Shown here: piece by piece, positions 1 to 10,900 of the stretch
Position numbering within the stretch: the stretch's first letter is position 1
How the letters are laid out: the number at the start of each line of letters is the position of its first letter
From: Marispirochaeta sp.
Lineage (GTDB): Bacteria; Spirochaetota; Spirochaetia; JC444; Marispirochaetaceae
Direction of reading: 5' to 3'
Length of the DNA: 64,000 bases
Assembly: GCA_963676835.2 (NCBI GenBank)
Contig: CAXXFF010000002.1
Coordinates: forward strand, 1,472,001-1,536,000
Translations under genes and position numbers: made by a program
Notes under the pieces: generated by a model
The model's database searches: none
What the model was told of the DNA's origin: nothing
The model's input: the letters and a program-made list of their open reading frames with translations, nothing else

Positions 1-1038
1 GCTGATGATATAGGCTATGAGGAAAAAATTTCCCGCTGCAGTTACGGCAAACCCGGCGAAAACGGCATGTTGTACGGCATCGGTCTTGCCATCTCCTACC
101 GCGGTGCCAGTGTCGGTGCGGAAGCGAAGGATTTCTGTTCCTGTGTAATTAACTGTCAGTATGACGGATCGATTCTGCTCGAAACAGGAATTCACGAGAA
201 CGGTCAGGGGGCTCAGTCGGCCATGATGCTTGTCCTTGCCCGGGAACTGGGAGTCTCTCTTGGAAGAATCCGCTACACCGAAGCCACCACCAGTCAGGTG
301 CCTGAGGGAGGAACCACTGTTGCCTCCCGGGGAACCCTGATGGGAAGCGCTGCTGTGGTTGATGCAGTCAAGAATCTGAAAAAAGTCATTGGTGAGGTTA
401 TTGCTCCGGAACTTGGCACTTCAGCGGAAGAGCTTGTTTTTACCGATGACCGTATTTCATCTCCCTCAGCATCCATTACCTGGGAGAAGGCCATGGCGGT
501 AATGCACAATGCCCGGGTCTATCCCTTTGCCTTCGGCAGCTTCAAAGCGCCGGCGGTTACCTGGCATCATGAAGACGGCACCGGTGAGCCCTACTTTACC
601 TATGTTTACAGCTGTCAGGCGGTGGAGCTGGAGGTCGACCCGAAACTTGGCAAAGTCAAAGTTCTCAATGTGACTGCTGCCCATGACATAGGCCGGACAG
701 TAAACAAGGCTATGCTGGAAGGGCAGATCTACGGGGGAATTGTACAGGGCATGGGAATGGCCCTCTATGAAGACCTGAAGGTTGTTGAGGGGAAGCCGAA
801 GGCTCTCAACTACAATAACTACCGGATTCCCCGAACAGTGGATATCGGCGAGATCAAGGCCCTGATCGTGGAAAACAAGGATCCCACATCTCCCTTCGGC
901 TGTAAGGGAATAGGTGAGCCTGCGCTGGAGCTGATTTCTCCGGCTCTGAGTAATGCTCTGTACAGAGCAACCGGAAGGAGGGAATATTCCCTGCCGATTC
1001 CGGTAAAAAAACTGCTTGCTCCGGGAGATAATGCATGA
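1..1038 (+). CDS. Xanthine dehydrogenase-family molybdopterin-binding subunit (C-terminal part; 5'-truncated by window)
   Basis: Frame is open from base 1. MoCo-binding motifs GIHENGQG, GGTTVASR, EGQIYGGIVQGMG and catalytic-Glu motif KGIGEP. Confidence 0.93.
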   Translation, partial: ADDIGYEEKISRCSYGKPGENGMLYGIGLAISYRGASVGAEAKDFCSCVINCQYDGSILLETGIHENGQGAQSAMMLVLARELGVSLGRIRYTEATTSQVPEGGTTVASRGTLMGSAAVVDAVKNLKKVIGEVIAPELGTSAEELVFTDDRISSPSASITWEKAMAVMHNARVYPFAFGSFKAPAVTWHHEDGTGEPYFTYVYSCQAVELEVDPKLGKVKVLNVTAAHDIGRTVNKAMLEGQIYGGIVQGMGMALYEDLKVVEGKPKALNYNNYRIPRTVDIGEIKALIVENKDPTSPFGCKGIGEPALELISPALSNALYRATGRREYSLPIPVKKLLAPGDNA

Positions 1039-1502
1039 TTATTGAGGTTAACGGAGTCTCTGTAACCGTGGATGACTCAAAAAAAGATATGACTCTGCTT
1101 AAATTCTTAAGGGAAGAGCTTGCCTTAAAGGGCACAAAAAACGGCTGCGGCATTGGCAGCTGCGGGACCTGCACTGTGCTTGCAGATATGAAAGCAGTCA
1201 GGTCCTGTGTTACGCCCCTTTCCAAATGTGACGGGAAAAAGATCATCACCATTGAGGGAATGGCTCTACCTGATGGAACTCTACACCCTATTCAGCAGGC
1301 ATTTCTTGATGCCGGAGCTATACAATGCGGATTCTGTACGCCCGGAATGGTTCTCAATGCCCAGGCACTGCTGTACAAAAATCCAACTCCCCGCCGGGAG
1401 GAAATCCGGGAAGCCTTTAAGAATGTTCTCTGCCGCTGTACCGGGTATCAGCAGATTGTTGATGCCGTTGAACTTGCGGCAGAGCGGATGAAGCAGCCCT
1501 GA
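1035..1502 (+). CDS. (2Fe-2S)-binding small subunit of Xdh/CoxS family
   Basis: GTKNGCGIGSCGTC, QCGFCTPG and CRCTGY cysteine motifs; 4-bp overlap with the upstream gene. Confidence 0.95.
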   Translation: MIIEVNGVSVTVDDSKKDMTLLKFLREELALKGTKNGCGIGSCGTCTVLADMKAVRSCVTPLSKCDGKKIITIEGMALPDGTLHPIQQAFLDAGAIQCGFCTPGMVLNAQALLYKNPTPRREEIREAFKNVLCRCTGYQQIVDAVELAAERMKQP

Positions 1503-1507
1503 TATCT

Positions 1508-1981
1508 ATGGCAATCACCATAGTTACCGGGGAAATTGACTCAGGCAAAACTGCCTGGATGCAATCCCGGGCGGAGGCAGAGGGGCGTGTGTCCTGGCTC
1601 TCTGTTAAGGTATTTGCCGAATATGAATTCATCGGCTACGATCTGCACATGACTCCCACCGGTGGCACCATTCCCCTGGCAAGGGCGGACTCCGCCGGCG
1701 GGGCTCCTTCCGACTGGTTCCGGTTCCGCCGCTTCTGGTTTAATCCGGAGGCCTTTACCGGAGCCCAATATTTCTTTAACCGGCAATCTGCAGCAGACAG
1801 CACCTTCATCCTTGATGAAGTGGGCCCGCTGGAAATGGAGGGTAAAGGATTCGCACCTCTCCTGGAAAAGCTTCTAAAAAGCGGTGCTTCACTGATGTTG
1901 AGTGTCCGGCCTTCACTGGTAGAAGAGGCTCAGCGGAGATTTTCTTTTGAAGCCCATGAGATAGTGCGGCTGCCCTTATAA
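1508..1981 (+). CDS. NTPase_1/DUF2478-like small P-loop NTPase
   Basis: Walker A GEIDSGKT; Walker B FILDEVGPLE. Confidence 0.7.
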   Translation: MAITIVTGEIDSGKTAWMQSRAEAEGRVSWLSVKVFAEYEFIGYDLHMTPTGGTIPLARADSAGGAPSDWFRFRRFWFNPEAFTGAQYFFNRQSAADSTFILDEVGPLEMEGKGFAPLLEKLLKSGASLMLSVRPSLVEEAQRRFSFEAHEIVRLPL

Positions 1982-2554
1982 CATCTGCTCCAGCCTTGCC
2001 AGATCTTCAGGAGTATCTGCATCGAGATAGATCCCGGGATCATCTACATCGACCGTTTCAGGCTTCAGGGGGGCTATAATCTCCATCGCCTTGCGTCCGG
2101 GGTCTCCGGCGGCAATCATGCCCCGGGCTTCCTCATTGAGACGGACCGGATGCCCCCGTCTGCCGGAGCATACCGGGTAGGCGGGTGTCTCGGTATTTCC
2201 GCTAAATGCCATTTTGCGCCAGGTATCGGGCTGCAGCAGTGCCAGGTCTCCCAGGCTGACAAGTACTATACCGGGATCGGCTGCCAGCAGACCTGTCTGG
2301 AGTGAGCTGAGTCTCCCCTGCTCGTAGTTACTGTTGGTAATCAGACGTATCCTGCTGTCTCCGGGAAGAATCCCTTCAAGGGGAACTGCTCCCTGAACAA
2401 CAATAAGCCGGTCCAGTACTTTCAGGGCTGAACGGACAGAATGGAGTATCAGGGGGATGCCGTGAAGGGTGATGAGCTGTTTGGGAGTCCCCATACGTCT
2501 GGATGTCCCTGCGGCAAGTATCATTCCCTGAAGTACGGCCCGTTCTTTATTCAT
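1976..2554 (-). CDS. mocA: Molybdenum cofactor cytidylyltransferase-like nucleotidyltransferase
   Basis: ILAAGTSRRMGTPKQL, GRRGHPV and D-x-DTPED motifs; adjacent to Xdh genes, which use the MCD cofactor. Confidence 0.85.
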   Translation of the reverse strand: MNKERAVLQGMILAAGTSRRMGTPKQLITLHGIPLILHSVRSALKVLDRLIVVQGAVPLEGILPGDSRIRLITNSNYEQGRLSSLQTGLLAADPGIVLVSLGDLALLQPDTWRKMAFSGNTETPAYPVCSGRRGHPVRLNEEARGMIAAGDPGRKAMEIIAPLKPETVDVDDPGIYLDADTPEDLARLEQML

Positions 2555-2560
2555 ATGTCA

Positions 2561-2590
2561 ATAATACCTCTGTACATTCAAAAACTGCAA
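2561..2590 (-). promoter_or_regulatory. sigma70-type promoter for mocA (probably leaderless)
   Basis: Minus strand TTGCAG-N18-TATTAT, 6 nt before the ATG; no SD. Confidence 0.45.
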
Positions 2591-2614
2591 GCCGACGGGA
2601 AAAGGCGGATTCAG

Positions 2615-2643
2615 TTGACTCCACGGATCGGTGGCCGTACTAT
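2615..2643 (+). promoter_or_regulatory. sigma70-type promoter of ABC importer operon
   Basis: TTGACT-N17-TACTAT. Confidence 0.55.
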
Positions 2644-2666
2644 GAGAACAGCTTTTAATCAAAAGG

Positions 2667-3755
2667 ATGGTCCTGTTCATGAAACTACTTTTGAAAAACA
2701 TATTTCTATTTCTGGTTCTTACAGGAATGGCATTTTCTCTGAGCGCCGAAGCCGCTGAGGAGGTGCAGTCGACCTATACCGTTACCGATGCCCTGGGCCG
2801 GGAGGTCTCTTTTCCTGAAGTTCCCTCCCGTATGGTGCTCACCGGAAAAGCGGTGATTATGCTGGTGGATGCCCTGTACCTTTTTCCCGATGTAAGCGAC
2901 AGGGTCGTCGCTGTGGGAGTTACCGATCAGGGACTGGGTGACTTCTTCAAGGTTCTTGATCCAGATGCAGAGGCAAAGGTCAGGCTGGGTAAGACAACCG
3001 GACCGGAAGAGGTTCTTGCCCAGAATCCGGACTGTGTACTGCTGAAATCCTATCTGCGAGATTCCCTCGGCAAGCCCCTGGAGACGGCAGGAGTTCCGGT
3101 TATCTATCTCGATCTGGAAACCCCCGAACAGTATGAACGGGACCTGCGCATTATCGGCGATCTCCTTAATCAGGCAGACCGGGCGGAAGAGGTAATCGGA
3201 TTATACCAGGATAGAGTAGAAAACCTGCGGCAGGTTGTATCCTGCATTGCCCACCCGTACTCGCTGCTTCTGAATGTCGGAACCCAGGGAGGTGATACGG
3301 TGTTCAGTGTTCCTCCTAAAGGCTGGATTCAAGGAGATCAGGTGGAACTCGCCGGGGGCATCCCTGTCTGGTATGACGAAGCCCTCAGTCCGGGATGGAA
3401 CAAGGTAAGTTTTGAGCAGATAGCCGCATGGAATCCCCAGTCCATTGTGCTCCTCTCTTACCGGGGGAGTACTGCCAATGTCGTTGAAATGATGGAAAGC
3501 GATGCTCTCTGGCAGGATATTCAGGCGGTTAAGGATGGGCGCATCTTCTCCATGCCTGCAGATTTCTACAGCTGGGGGCAGCCGGACAGCCGCTGGATTC
3601 TCGGTGCAGAGTGGATAGCCACAGCGTTTCGGGGCGGAGATTTCGGCAATGGATTTGTCCGGAATATCTACAGCTTCTTTGAAGATTTTTACGGAATGTC
3701 TGCAGAAAAGGTAGATAGGGATATTCTTCCCCTGCTTCCGGATCCGCTTTTTTGA
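2667..3755 (+). CDS. Type II (BtuF/FecB-like) ABC transporter substrate-binding protein
   Basis: Signal peptide, TVTDALGREV, EEVLAQNPD, WQDIQAVKDGRIF; start may be ATG 2679. Confidence 0.9.
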   Translation: MVLFMKLLLKNIFLFLVLTGMAFSLSAEAAEEVQSTYTVTDALGREVSFPEVPSRMVLTGKAVIMLVDALYLFPDVSDRVVAVGVTDQGLGDFFKVLDPDAEAKVRLGKTTGPEEVLAQNPDCVLLKSYLRDSLGKPLETAGVPVIYLDLETPEQYERDLRIIGDLLNQADRAEEVIGLYQDRVENLRQVVSCIAHPYSLLLNVGTQGGDTVFSVPPKGWIQGDQVELAGGIPVWYDEALSPGWNKVSFEQIAAWNPQSIVLLSYRGSTANVVEMMESDALWQDIQAVKDGRIFSMPADFYSWGQPDSRWILGAEWIATAFRGGDFGNGFVRNIYSFFEDFYGMSAEKVDRDILPLLPDPLF

Positions 3756-4750
3756 TATCAAAAAGGCTGCAGCGGAGAAGGCTGATAATCCTCGGCCTTC
3801 TCTGTGGCGGGGTACTTGTTTTCTCCATGCTTCTGGGGAGGTATCCTGAACCCGGGATAATCTCTATCCGGAAGCTCTTTGAGGAGAATCTTGCCCTGCG
3901 TATTTTTCTCCGCCTGCGCATTCCCCGGGTCCTTGCCGGCGCCCTTCTGGGGGCTGGTCTGGCCATGGGGGGCGCTGCGTTTCAGATGCTTTTCCGTAAC
4001 CCTCTGGTTGAGCCGGGCTTTCTCGGAGTTACCCAGGGTGCTGGCTTCGGTGCTGCCCTTGCCATCCTGCTTCTCCCGGGAGTTCCCGGGGCGGTTCAGA
4101 TTTCGGCGGTTGCCTTTTCCCTTCTTGGTCTTACCTTGAGCTATCGGGTTGCCAGCAGGCTTCCCTTCGGCGGCTGGATTATCCGCATGGTTATTTCCGG
4201 GCTCACCGTATCTGCCCTGTTTACCGCAGCAATCGGGGTTATCAAGTATATGGCCGACCCCCTTTCCCAGCTTCAGGAGATGACCTTCTGGATGATGGGG
4301 GGACTTGATGGGGTAACCTGGTCAAGGGTTATCGCCATGATTACCACCTCACTACCGGGGATGATTCTTATACTCTTTTTTCGCTGGAGGATTAATATCC
4401 TGAGTCTGGATGATCTTACGTCCTACTCCATTGGCGCTAATCCCTCCAGGGAAAGACTCCTTCTGCTTACCGCAGCTTCAATTGTTACCGCCGGTGTCAC
4501 CGCTGTAGCCGGCATCATCGGCTGGGTGGGACTGCTGGTTCCCCATATCGCCCGCCGCCTGGTAGGTCCGGAAGCAGCTGTTTCCATACCCGCCTCGGCG
4601 ATGATCGGGGCTATAATGGTTCTTGTATGCGACGATTTTGCCCGCACTCTGATGGTATTTGAAATTCCCCTGGGAATTCTTACCTCTCTTTCGGGAGCCG
4701 GAATGTTTCTTGCCCTGCTCGCCTTTGGTAAAGTGAGGTTCCACCGATGA
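3752..4750 (+). CDS. FecCD/BtuC-family ABC permease
   Basis: LRIPRV, FQMLFRNPLVEP, GIIGWVGLLVPHIAR, EIPLGILT. Confidence 0.93.
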   Translation: MISKRLQRRRLIILGLLCGGVLVFSMLLGRYPEPGIISIRKLFEENLALRIFLRLRIPRVLAGALLGAGLAMGGAAFQMLFRNPLVEPGFLGVTQGAGFGAALAILLLPGVPGAVQISAVAFSLLGLTLSYRVASRLPFGGWIIRMVISGLTVSALFTAAIGVIKYMADPLSQLQEMTFWMMGGLDGVTWSRVIAMITTSLPGMILILFFRWRINILSLDDLTSYSIGANPSRERLLLLTAASIVTAGVTAVAGIIGWVGLLVPHIARRLVGPEAAVSIPASAMIGAIMVLVCDDFARTLMVFEIPLGILTSLSGAGMFLALLAFGKVRFHR

Positions 4751-5526
4751 CTGCCGTCGAGATCGATAATCTCGGTTTTGCCTATCCCGGGGAAGCGACA
4801 CTTTTTGACGGGTTTTGTCTGAATATTGCTCAAGGCCGGGTTACCGCACTTTTAGGCCCTAACGGTTGTGGAAAAAGCACCTTGCTGTCTCTGGTTCTTG
4901 GTTATTATCATCCCTCTAAAGGTGAAATCAGGCTTTATGGAAAGCAGTCTTCCGCATATTCACAGAAAGAGCGGGGCAGGCTTACAGGCTTTGTTTCCCA
5001 GGCCGGCAGGCTTCCTTTTAATTATTCTGCCGGGGAGTATATTCTCCTTGGCCGGGGTGCCGGGCTTTCCCTTTGGGAAAAGCCTTCAGGCAAAGATATG
5101 GAACAGGCTAAGGCTGCGGCGGAACGGGCCGGTGCGGCTGATTTACTGAAAAAGAATGTGCAGGAGCTTTCGGCAGGAGAACTGCAGCTGGTTCAGATTG
5201 CCCGGGCCCTTGCCCAGGAGCCCCGACTGCTGCTTCTGGATGAGCCGACCAGTCATCTCGATCCATCTAATGCACTGAGTATATTCAGACTGATACGGCA
5301 GCTGGCCTCTGACGGGGTAACGGTTCTCTATTCTACCCACGATCCGCTGCATGCCCTGCAGGCAGCAGATGATGCCTGCCTGATGAAAGAGGGAAAAGTG
5401 CTTGCAGACGGACCTGCCAAAGAAGTGCTGACTGCTTCCAATTTGAATACCCTCTATGGGGTGGAATTTCAGGAAGCAGAGTACCGGGGCCATCTCCTGC
5501 CCTTTGCTGGATTCAGGGAACCATAA
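4747..5526 (+). CDS. ABC transporter ATP-binding protein (FecE/BtuD-like)
   Basis: GPNGCGKST, LSAGE signature, LLLDEPTSHLD, H-loop STHD. Confidence 0.93.
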   Translation: MTAVEIDNLGFAYPGEATLFDGFCLNIAQGRVTALLGPNGCGKSTLLSLVLGYYHPSKGEIRLYGKQSSAYSQKERGRLTGFVSQAGRLPFNYSAGEYILLGRGAGLSLWEKPSGKDMEQAKAAAERAGAADLLKKNVQELSAGELQLVQIARALAQEPRLLLLDEPTSHLDPSNALSIFRLIRQLASDGVTVLYSTHDPLHALQAADDACLMKEGKVLADGPAKEVLTASNLNTLYGVEFQEAEYRGHLLPFAGFREP

Positions 5527-6454
5527 TAGTTCCGGCTTTTCCTTCTATTGCCTCTGCCAGATGTTCCGGGTTGGTAATTACCCCGGGCTTTCCGGTGGCG
5601 CTAACAAACTCAATCATGGCTTCGATCTTCGGCAGCATGCTTCCTTTGGCGAACTGGCCTTCATCGATATATTTACGGGCTTCCGCAAGGGTAATGGTAT
5701 CGAGAGAACGGCGTTCCGGGCGGGTGTAATCAAGATAGACATGGTCTACGGCGGTGGAAATAATAAACTCATCGGCACCGATGCTTCTGGCAAGAAGGCT
5801 TGCTGCAAGGTCCTTGTCGATTACCGCCTCCACTCCCATGTAGTGATCCTGATGATCCTGAATAACCGGGATTCCTCCTCCACCAGCTGCAATGGTTATG
5901 GTTCCACTGTCAATGAGACTGCGGATTACATCAAGCTCCAGAATTTCCAGCGGACGGGGAGAGGGGACCACACGACGCCAGCCCCGGTCTGCGTCTTCCA
6001 TTACCGACCAGCCGTCCTTCTGCATATGCAGCTTCGCTTCCGCTTCAGACATAAAGGAGCCGATGGGCTTTGACGGATCCCTGAAGGAGGGATCATCCTT
6101 GTCCACCATTACCTCGGTAACCACTGTTGCAACATTGCGGGTCTGGTGCAGTCCTCCCAGAACATTGCGGATAGCGGTTTGAATGTTGTAGCCCAGGGCT
6201 CCCTGGGTATCAGCGACACAGCTGTCCAGGGGAACCATATGCAGTTCCTTTTTGGCAAGCTCAGCCCGGCGCAGAATAAATCCCACCTGTGGGCCGTTGC
6301 CGTGAACGATGGCAATTTTATGGCTGGAGGTAAGAAGGGAACCCATATTCTTTGCGGTAAGGTAGGCTGCTTCGTACTGGGCCGGGACGGTTACGTGGGT
6401 GGAGTCGGTTATAAACGAGTTACCACCCAGGGCGATTACTACGGTTTTACTCAC
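5513..6454 (-). CDS. arcC: Carbamate kinase (YqeA/ArcC)
   Basis: VIALGGN, HGNGPQVG, GWRRVVPSPRP, EAVIDKD, GSMLPK; probable GTG start at 6454. Confidence 0.95.
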   Translation of the reverse strand: MSKTVVIALGGNSFITDSTHVTVPAQYEAAYLTAKNMGSLLTSSHKIAIVHGNGPQVGFILRRAELAKKELHMVPLDSCVADTQGALGYNIQTAIRNVLGGLHQTRNVATVVTEVMVDKDDPSFRDPSKPIGSFMSEAEAKLHMQKDGWSVMEDADRGWRRVVPSPRPLEILELDVIRSLIDSGTITIAAGGGGIPVIQDHQDHYMGVEAVIDKDLAASLLARSIGADEFIISTAVDHVYLDYTRPERRSLDTITLAEARKYIDEGQFAKGSMLPKIEAMIEFVSATGKPGVITNPEHLAEAIEGKAGTIMVP

Positions 6455-6589
6455 CTTTTCAATGTAAACCCTAAACAGCGGTTTTGGAAAGAAAAAGATA
6501 GTATTGACCACGTAAATGACAGCAGCGTTGCCGTATCCGGTTTGCAGGGGTATATTGAACGCTCAGTCGAAATCTAAGGAACCAATTGT

Positions 6590-7168
6590 ATGCTGTTCGA
6601 CAAGGTGTTGGAGTTTTTAGCAGACTGGCTGTCCCGCAGCGGGGATCATACCTTCTGGTCTTGGGTAATAACCATCATGTATTTTATTACTGCTGTTATG
6701 GCATTTGTCTATCTAAGGAAGATCAGGTTAAGTCAGATTCCGGATGACAGGCAGAAGCTTTTTCTCTGGACGGGGATTTTCATTTTTCTTCTGCTCATGG
6801 GCATTAATAAACAGCTGGATATTCAGACTCTCATATTGATGAGCATGCGCTATGTTATGTGGCGATTCCGGCTTTGGCATTACTGGAGAACCTTTCATTT
6901 TCTGATGTTCTACGGCCTCGGGTCACTGTTTCTGATATCCGGGATTCTGATGACAGTAAAATCGGGGAAAGCCATGCTCAAGAGCCTGGCCGCTGTAGCC
7001 GGTGTTCTGGTGGTAATGCTGTTTGTATTTATGCGGGCAAACTATATTTTTATGCAGCATATTCATGCCCTTGAGCTTGCCGGCATCGGGCTGATTTTTA
7101 TCGATCTGGTAATTAAAATGATCTTTGAGCGCCGCAGGAACAGCAGCCCGGTACAGGAAAAAATATAA
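6590..7168 (+). CDS. Uncharacterised multi-pass membrane protein
   Basis: About 5 hydrophobic segments, GINKQLDIQT motif, SD AAGGA upstream. Confidence 0.7.
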   Translation: MLFDKVLEFLADWLSRSGDHTFWSWVITIMYFITAVMAFVYLRKIRLSQIPDDRQKLFLWTGIFIFLLLMGINKQLDIQTLILMSMRYVMWRFRLWHYWRTFHFLMFYGLGSLFLISGILMTVKSGKAMLKSLAAVAGVLVVMLFVFMRANYIFMQHIHALELAGIGLIFIDLVIKMIFERRRNSSPVQEKI

Positions 7169-7175
7169 CAATACG

Positions 7176-7200
7176 CGGCCTCCTGGTTGACAGGAGACCG
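7176..7200. terminator. Hairpin between convergent genes
   Basis: CGGCCTCCTG-gttga-CAGGAGACCG (one mismatch), T-run downstream on + strand. Confidence 0.5.
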
Positions 7201-7216
7201 GTTGATTTTTCAGGTA

Positions 7217-7867
7217 TCAGTTAAAATAGATGGTGAGACCTATTCTGGGACTGATAAGGTATATATCAGTATCAATTGTATTATCTTCCCCAGTTATTGA
7301 GCCTGATGTATAGTCATAATCCACTTCTGTCACATAACGGTATATAAGGCCCGTTTCCATGCTGAGTGCAACGGAAGAATTAAACATATATTGCAGACCT
7401 AAAAGTGCCTCAGCATTAATATATTTGTATTCTCTCTTATCCGTTATGGTTTCAGTGCTATCGTAATCTTCACTCTTACGATCCGTATACCCGAAACCTG
7501 GGCCGGTATAAAGGGTTAGCCCAGGTCCAAGATCAATGAAGTATAATGCATCAATTGAGGCACCCAGGAAAAACTCCTCTTCAGACTTGTATTCGGGACC
7601 GCTTCCATATACGTCTTCTTCATTCGTTGAGTGAAAACTGAATGTAACACCTGGCCGGACAGCGATATTGGGTGTTACATGTACGATCGCACCTGTTCGA
7701 TAGATGTTCTCGAAGGTTAGGATAGATTCTCCTGCAAAAACAAAATTCTGAACAAAAAGCCCTGTTTTGTATGGAGTGATTGCTGAATCCTCTTCAGCTG
7801 AAAGTGAAGAAATAGAGATAATGAGAGTGATACAGACTAGTAGAAAGATGTGTGTTGCTTTTTTCAT
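7217..7867 (-). CDS. Exported protein, probable outer-membrane beta-barrel
   Basis: Signal peptide, amphipathic beta strands, C-terminal RIGLTIYFN; SD AAGGAG. Confidence 0.7.
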   Translation of the reverse strand: MKKATHIFLLVCITLIISISSLSAEEDSAITPYKTGLFVQNFVFAGESILTFENIYRTGAIVHVTPNIAVRPGVTFSFHSTNEEDVYGSGPEYKSEEEFFLGASIDALYFIDLGPGLTLYTGPGFGYTDRKSEDYDSTETITDKREYKYINAEALLGLQYMFNSSVALSMETGLIYRYVTEVDYDYTSGSITGEDNTIDTDIYLISPRIGLTIYFN

Positions 7868-7928
7868 TGGTTGCTCCTTTTTAAATTATATTGATTATCA
7901 TTATACCACTTTTTCTGTAGATTTCAGT

Positions 7929-10900
7929 TTACTCCTCTATCAATGCTTTCAGAAACCCGATTCCCGTATAATCGGCAATCTTCGCCAGGGTAAGATCTCC
8001 CGGCATGCTGATTTTTTCCATAAATCCTGCATTCCGGGAAGTTTTCCGCAGATAACCGGGGAAGATTGTGCTGTGGACATCCCTGTGTGCCCCTTCGGCA
8101 ACCAGGTAGTCGGCAACAATTGTGGCCTGCTCTTCAAAGGCCAGGGTCAGCAGGGTGCGGCCCCAGACATCATGGGATTCAAGGTCGAAATCGGGCATTT
8201 CTGCAAGAACTCTTTGAAACTCCCCCAGGTCATCGCCAAGAACGGCGTAATAGAGTTTCAGCATAATTAAATCGGCATCGTTGACCATCTCCTCATCGAA
8301 AGCGCTTTGCCGGTAGCGGTCCATGAGGTCAGGATCGGCCCCGTATTTCAAGAGGAGCAGTCCTATTTCAATACCCCGGAAGGGGCCGACTGCATCAAAG
8401 AGCGGGGTTTGCTGTACCCGGTTTCTGCAGTTGGGGTCTGCTCCTGCAGCAAGAAGGGCATCTACAATCAGAAAGGATGTTTCCCGTGTCAGCATGCTTG
8501 TCTGTTTGACTGCAGTAAGTAGTACCGGGAAGCCGTCTGCTGCTTCTGTATCGGGGTCAGCGCCATCCTTTAAAGCTTTCAGCACTTCGCCGTAATTCAT
8601 ATAGCGTACGGCATTGGCCAGTGCCGCATCCGGCCCGACTGCCGCAACTGCTCCGGTTTCTTCCAGAAGAGTTCGGACTTCACTGCTTTTTGCCAGGTCC
8701 AGGGCGGTTTCTCCATTTTCGTTCTGCGCGGAGGCATCTGCACCGGCTTTCAGCAGCAGCTTGATACATTCACTGCTGTTTGCTGCAGATGCAGCCATAA
8801 GGGGTGTTGTCAGTCGGATTGTCTCTTTATCGGCCTCTTTATTCGGGTCGGCTCCCCAGTCAAGAAGCAGGTTTATCATATCAACGTTTCCCTGAGCTGC
8901 GGCGGATATAAGCGGGGTAATGCCGTTGGTACTCTGCTCATCAACTGAAGCGCCGATTTCGATGAAGAATTTCACTGTATCCAGATTTCCCTCTCCCGCG
9001 GCAATATGCAGCATGGAGCGGTATTCTCCTATGTTGTAGAACACCAGCTCATCTGCATCCCGCAGATGACTATGACGGATGGTATCGGTAATAAGGTTTA
9101 TGTCGCCGGTTTGGATAACATCCCGCATTATACTGTTGTAAAGGGCATTACGGTCGGGGCGTGCTCCCTGGGTCAGGAGATAGCGGAAGAGTTCATAATG
9201 TCTATTCTCCAGGGCCTTCTCCAGAGGCTTAACCGGGCCGGAATCGGTTTCATTAACACGTGCGCCTCCGCCTATAAGAAGTTTTACCATCTCCATTCTC
9301 CCGGCAGCAGCGGCAATCTCAATGGGATAGATTCCTTCAGCACCGGCTGCATCCGGATCTGCTCCCTTAACGATCAGAACACCGACCTGGCTCAGGTCTC
9401 CTGATTTTACCGCGTTTATCAGATCTTCCGCCCCGAAGGAGTGGTCCGATGGATCGGAGGCCCCATACTGTTTCAGGAGTTCCTGTATCTCCTGACTGCC
9501 ATCGGGAACCAGCTCCAGAGGGAGTTTATTGTCCGCGCTTCTCATGTCCGGTTCGGCACCATTCTCCAGAAGAAGACGTACTGCGTCAGTTTGTCCGGCT
9601 ATTACGGCTTCTCCCAGGGGAGTGGTATGGTCAACGTTGATATTCGGTGAAATCCCTGCATCAACAAGCCGCTGAATATATCTGAGACGTCCCAGATATG
9701 CCGCCTTGTTCATGGCGGCATATGCGCTTTTTTCTATTCCGGGCCGGACTGTATAGCCCGTAAGCAGGGAGAAGAGGTTGTCATCCTGTTTCTCCACAAT
9801 ATTTGATAAAGCGTAGGTTCCCAGGTAATCGGTGCTTAAATCAGCGCCCTTTTCCAGCATAAGCCTGCAGAGGTCCGGAAATTCCCCATTAAAGTTCCTG
9901 TATCCAGCTCGAATAAGAGTATTTAGGGGGGGATCCGCATCCCGGGTGGTTGATCCGTAGCCGGAAGCTTTTGCCGCCAGTACTGTGTTCACTTCTTCCG
10001 TTTCAAGGAACATCCGTAGTATTTCAGGCTTTCCGAAGGATATGGCACAGGCGAGGGGAGTGTCTGTTACTCCCGCACCTTTCCCGCATGCCTCGGCAAT
10101 CTTTACTCCTGCTTCCATGAGAATCCGGATAATTTCAATATCTCCCTCATTGAGAGGTTCCTGCCCGATTAAAAGGGAGGAGAGTGCGGGAATGTTTCGG
10201 GGCGCTTCATTGGGGTCCCAGCCAAGATCAAGAAAATAACGGACTGCCTCCGGATTGTGGGAGTCGGCGGCTGCCATATATGCCGGGGAAGGGTTGTCTC
10301 CACTTACTGCAAAGGGGTCATACTTTTCCGTCTCTATCAGTTCCCGGATAACCGGCATGTATCCCCCGGCGGTTGCGGGATGCAGAATATTCTGCCACTG
10401 GAATTCCAATGCCATATACTCTTCCGGCCGGGTTTTGGCGCGATAGTATTCTATTATCTCTTTATTGCCGGTTAAGAGGGCATTCCAGAAGGCCTTTGTG
10501 TAGTTATATTCCACCTCGGGATAGTCGGCGTAGATCTTCCGGGTAACATCAAAAAGGCCGTAATAGATGCATTGGCGGGATACCGAGTCCGGATCGAATT
10601 CCGCGCCTTTTTCCATGAGGTAGAGCAGGGCTTCCGGGCTGCTGAAACTCATGGCAACGTTGAGGGCTGTATTGTCCCAGGGATCGGGAGTATTTATATC
10701 CATTCCGTTGTCCAGGCAGAGTTGAATTATCCCGGGGAGGTTGCCCTCCGCCGCCGCGTGCAGCAGGCCCGGCCCCTGTTTATTCTGTATAAAGATATCT
10801 TCCCCGTGACTCAGGAAAAACCGTACCAGTTCTGCATTGCCCGCCCGGGCGGCTTTAAGCACTAATGGATAATCGCCGCCCAGTAATTCTTCCGGGAGGG

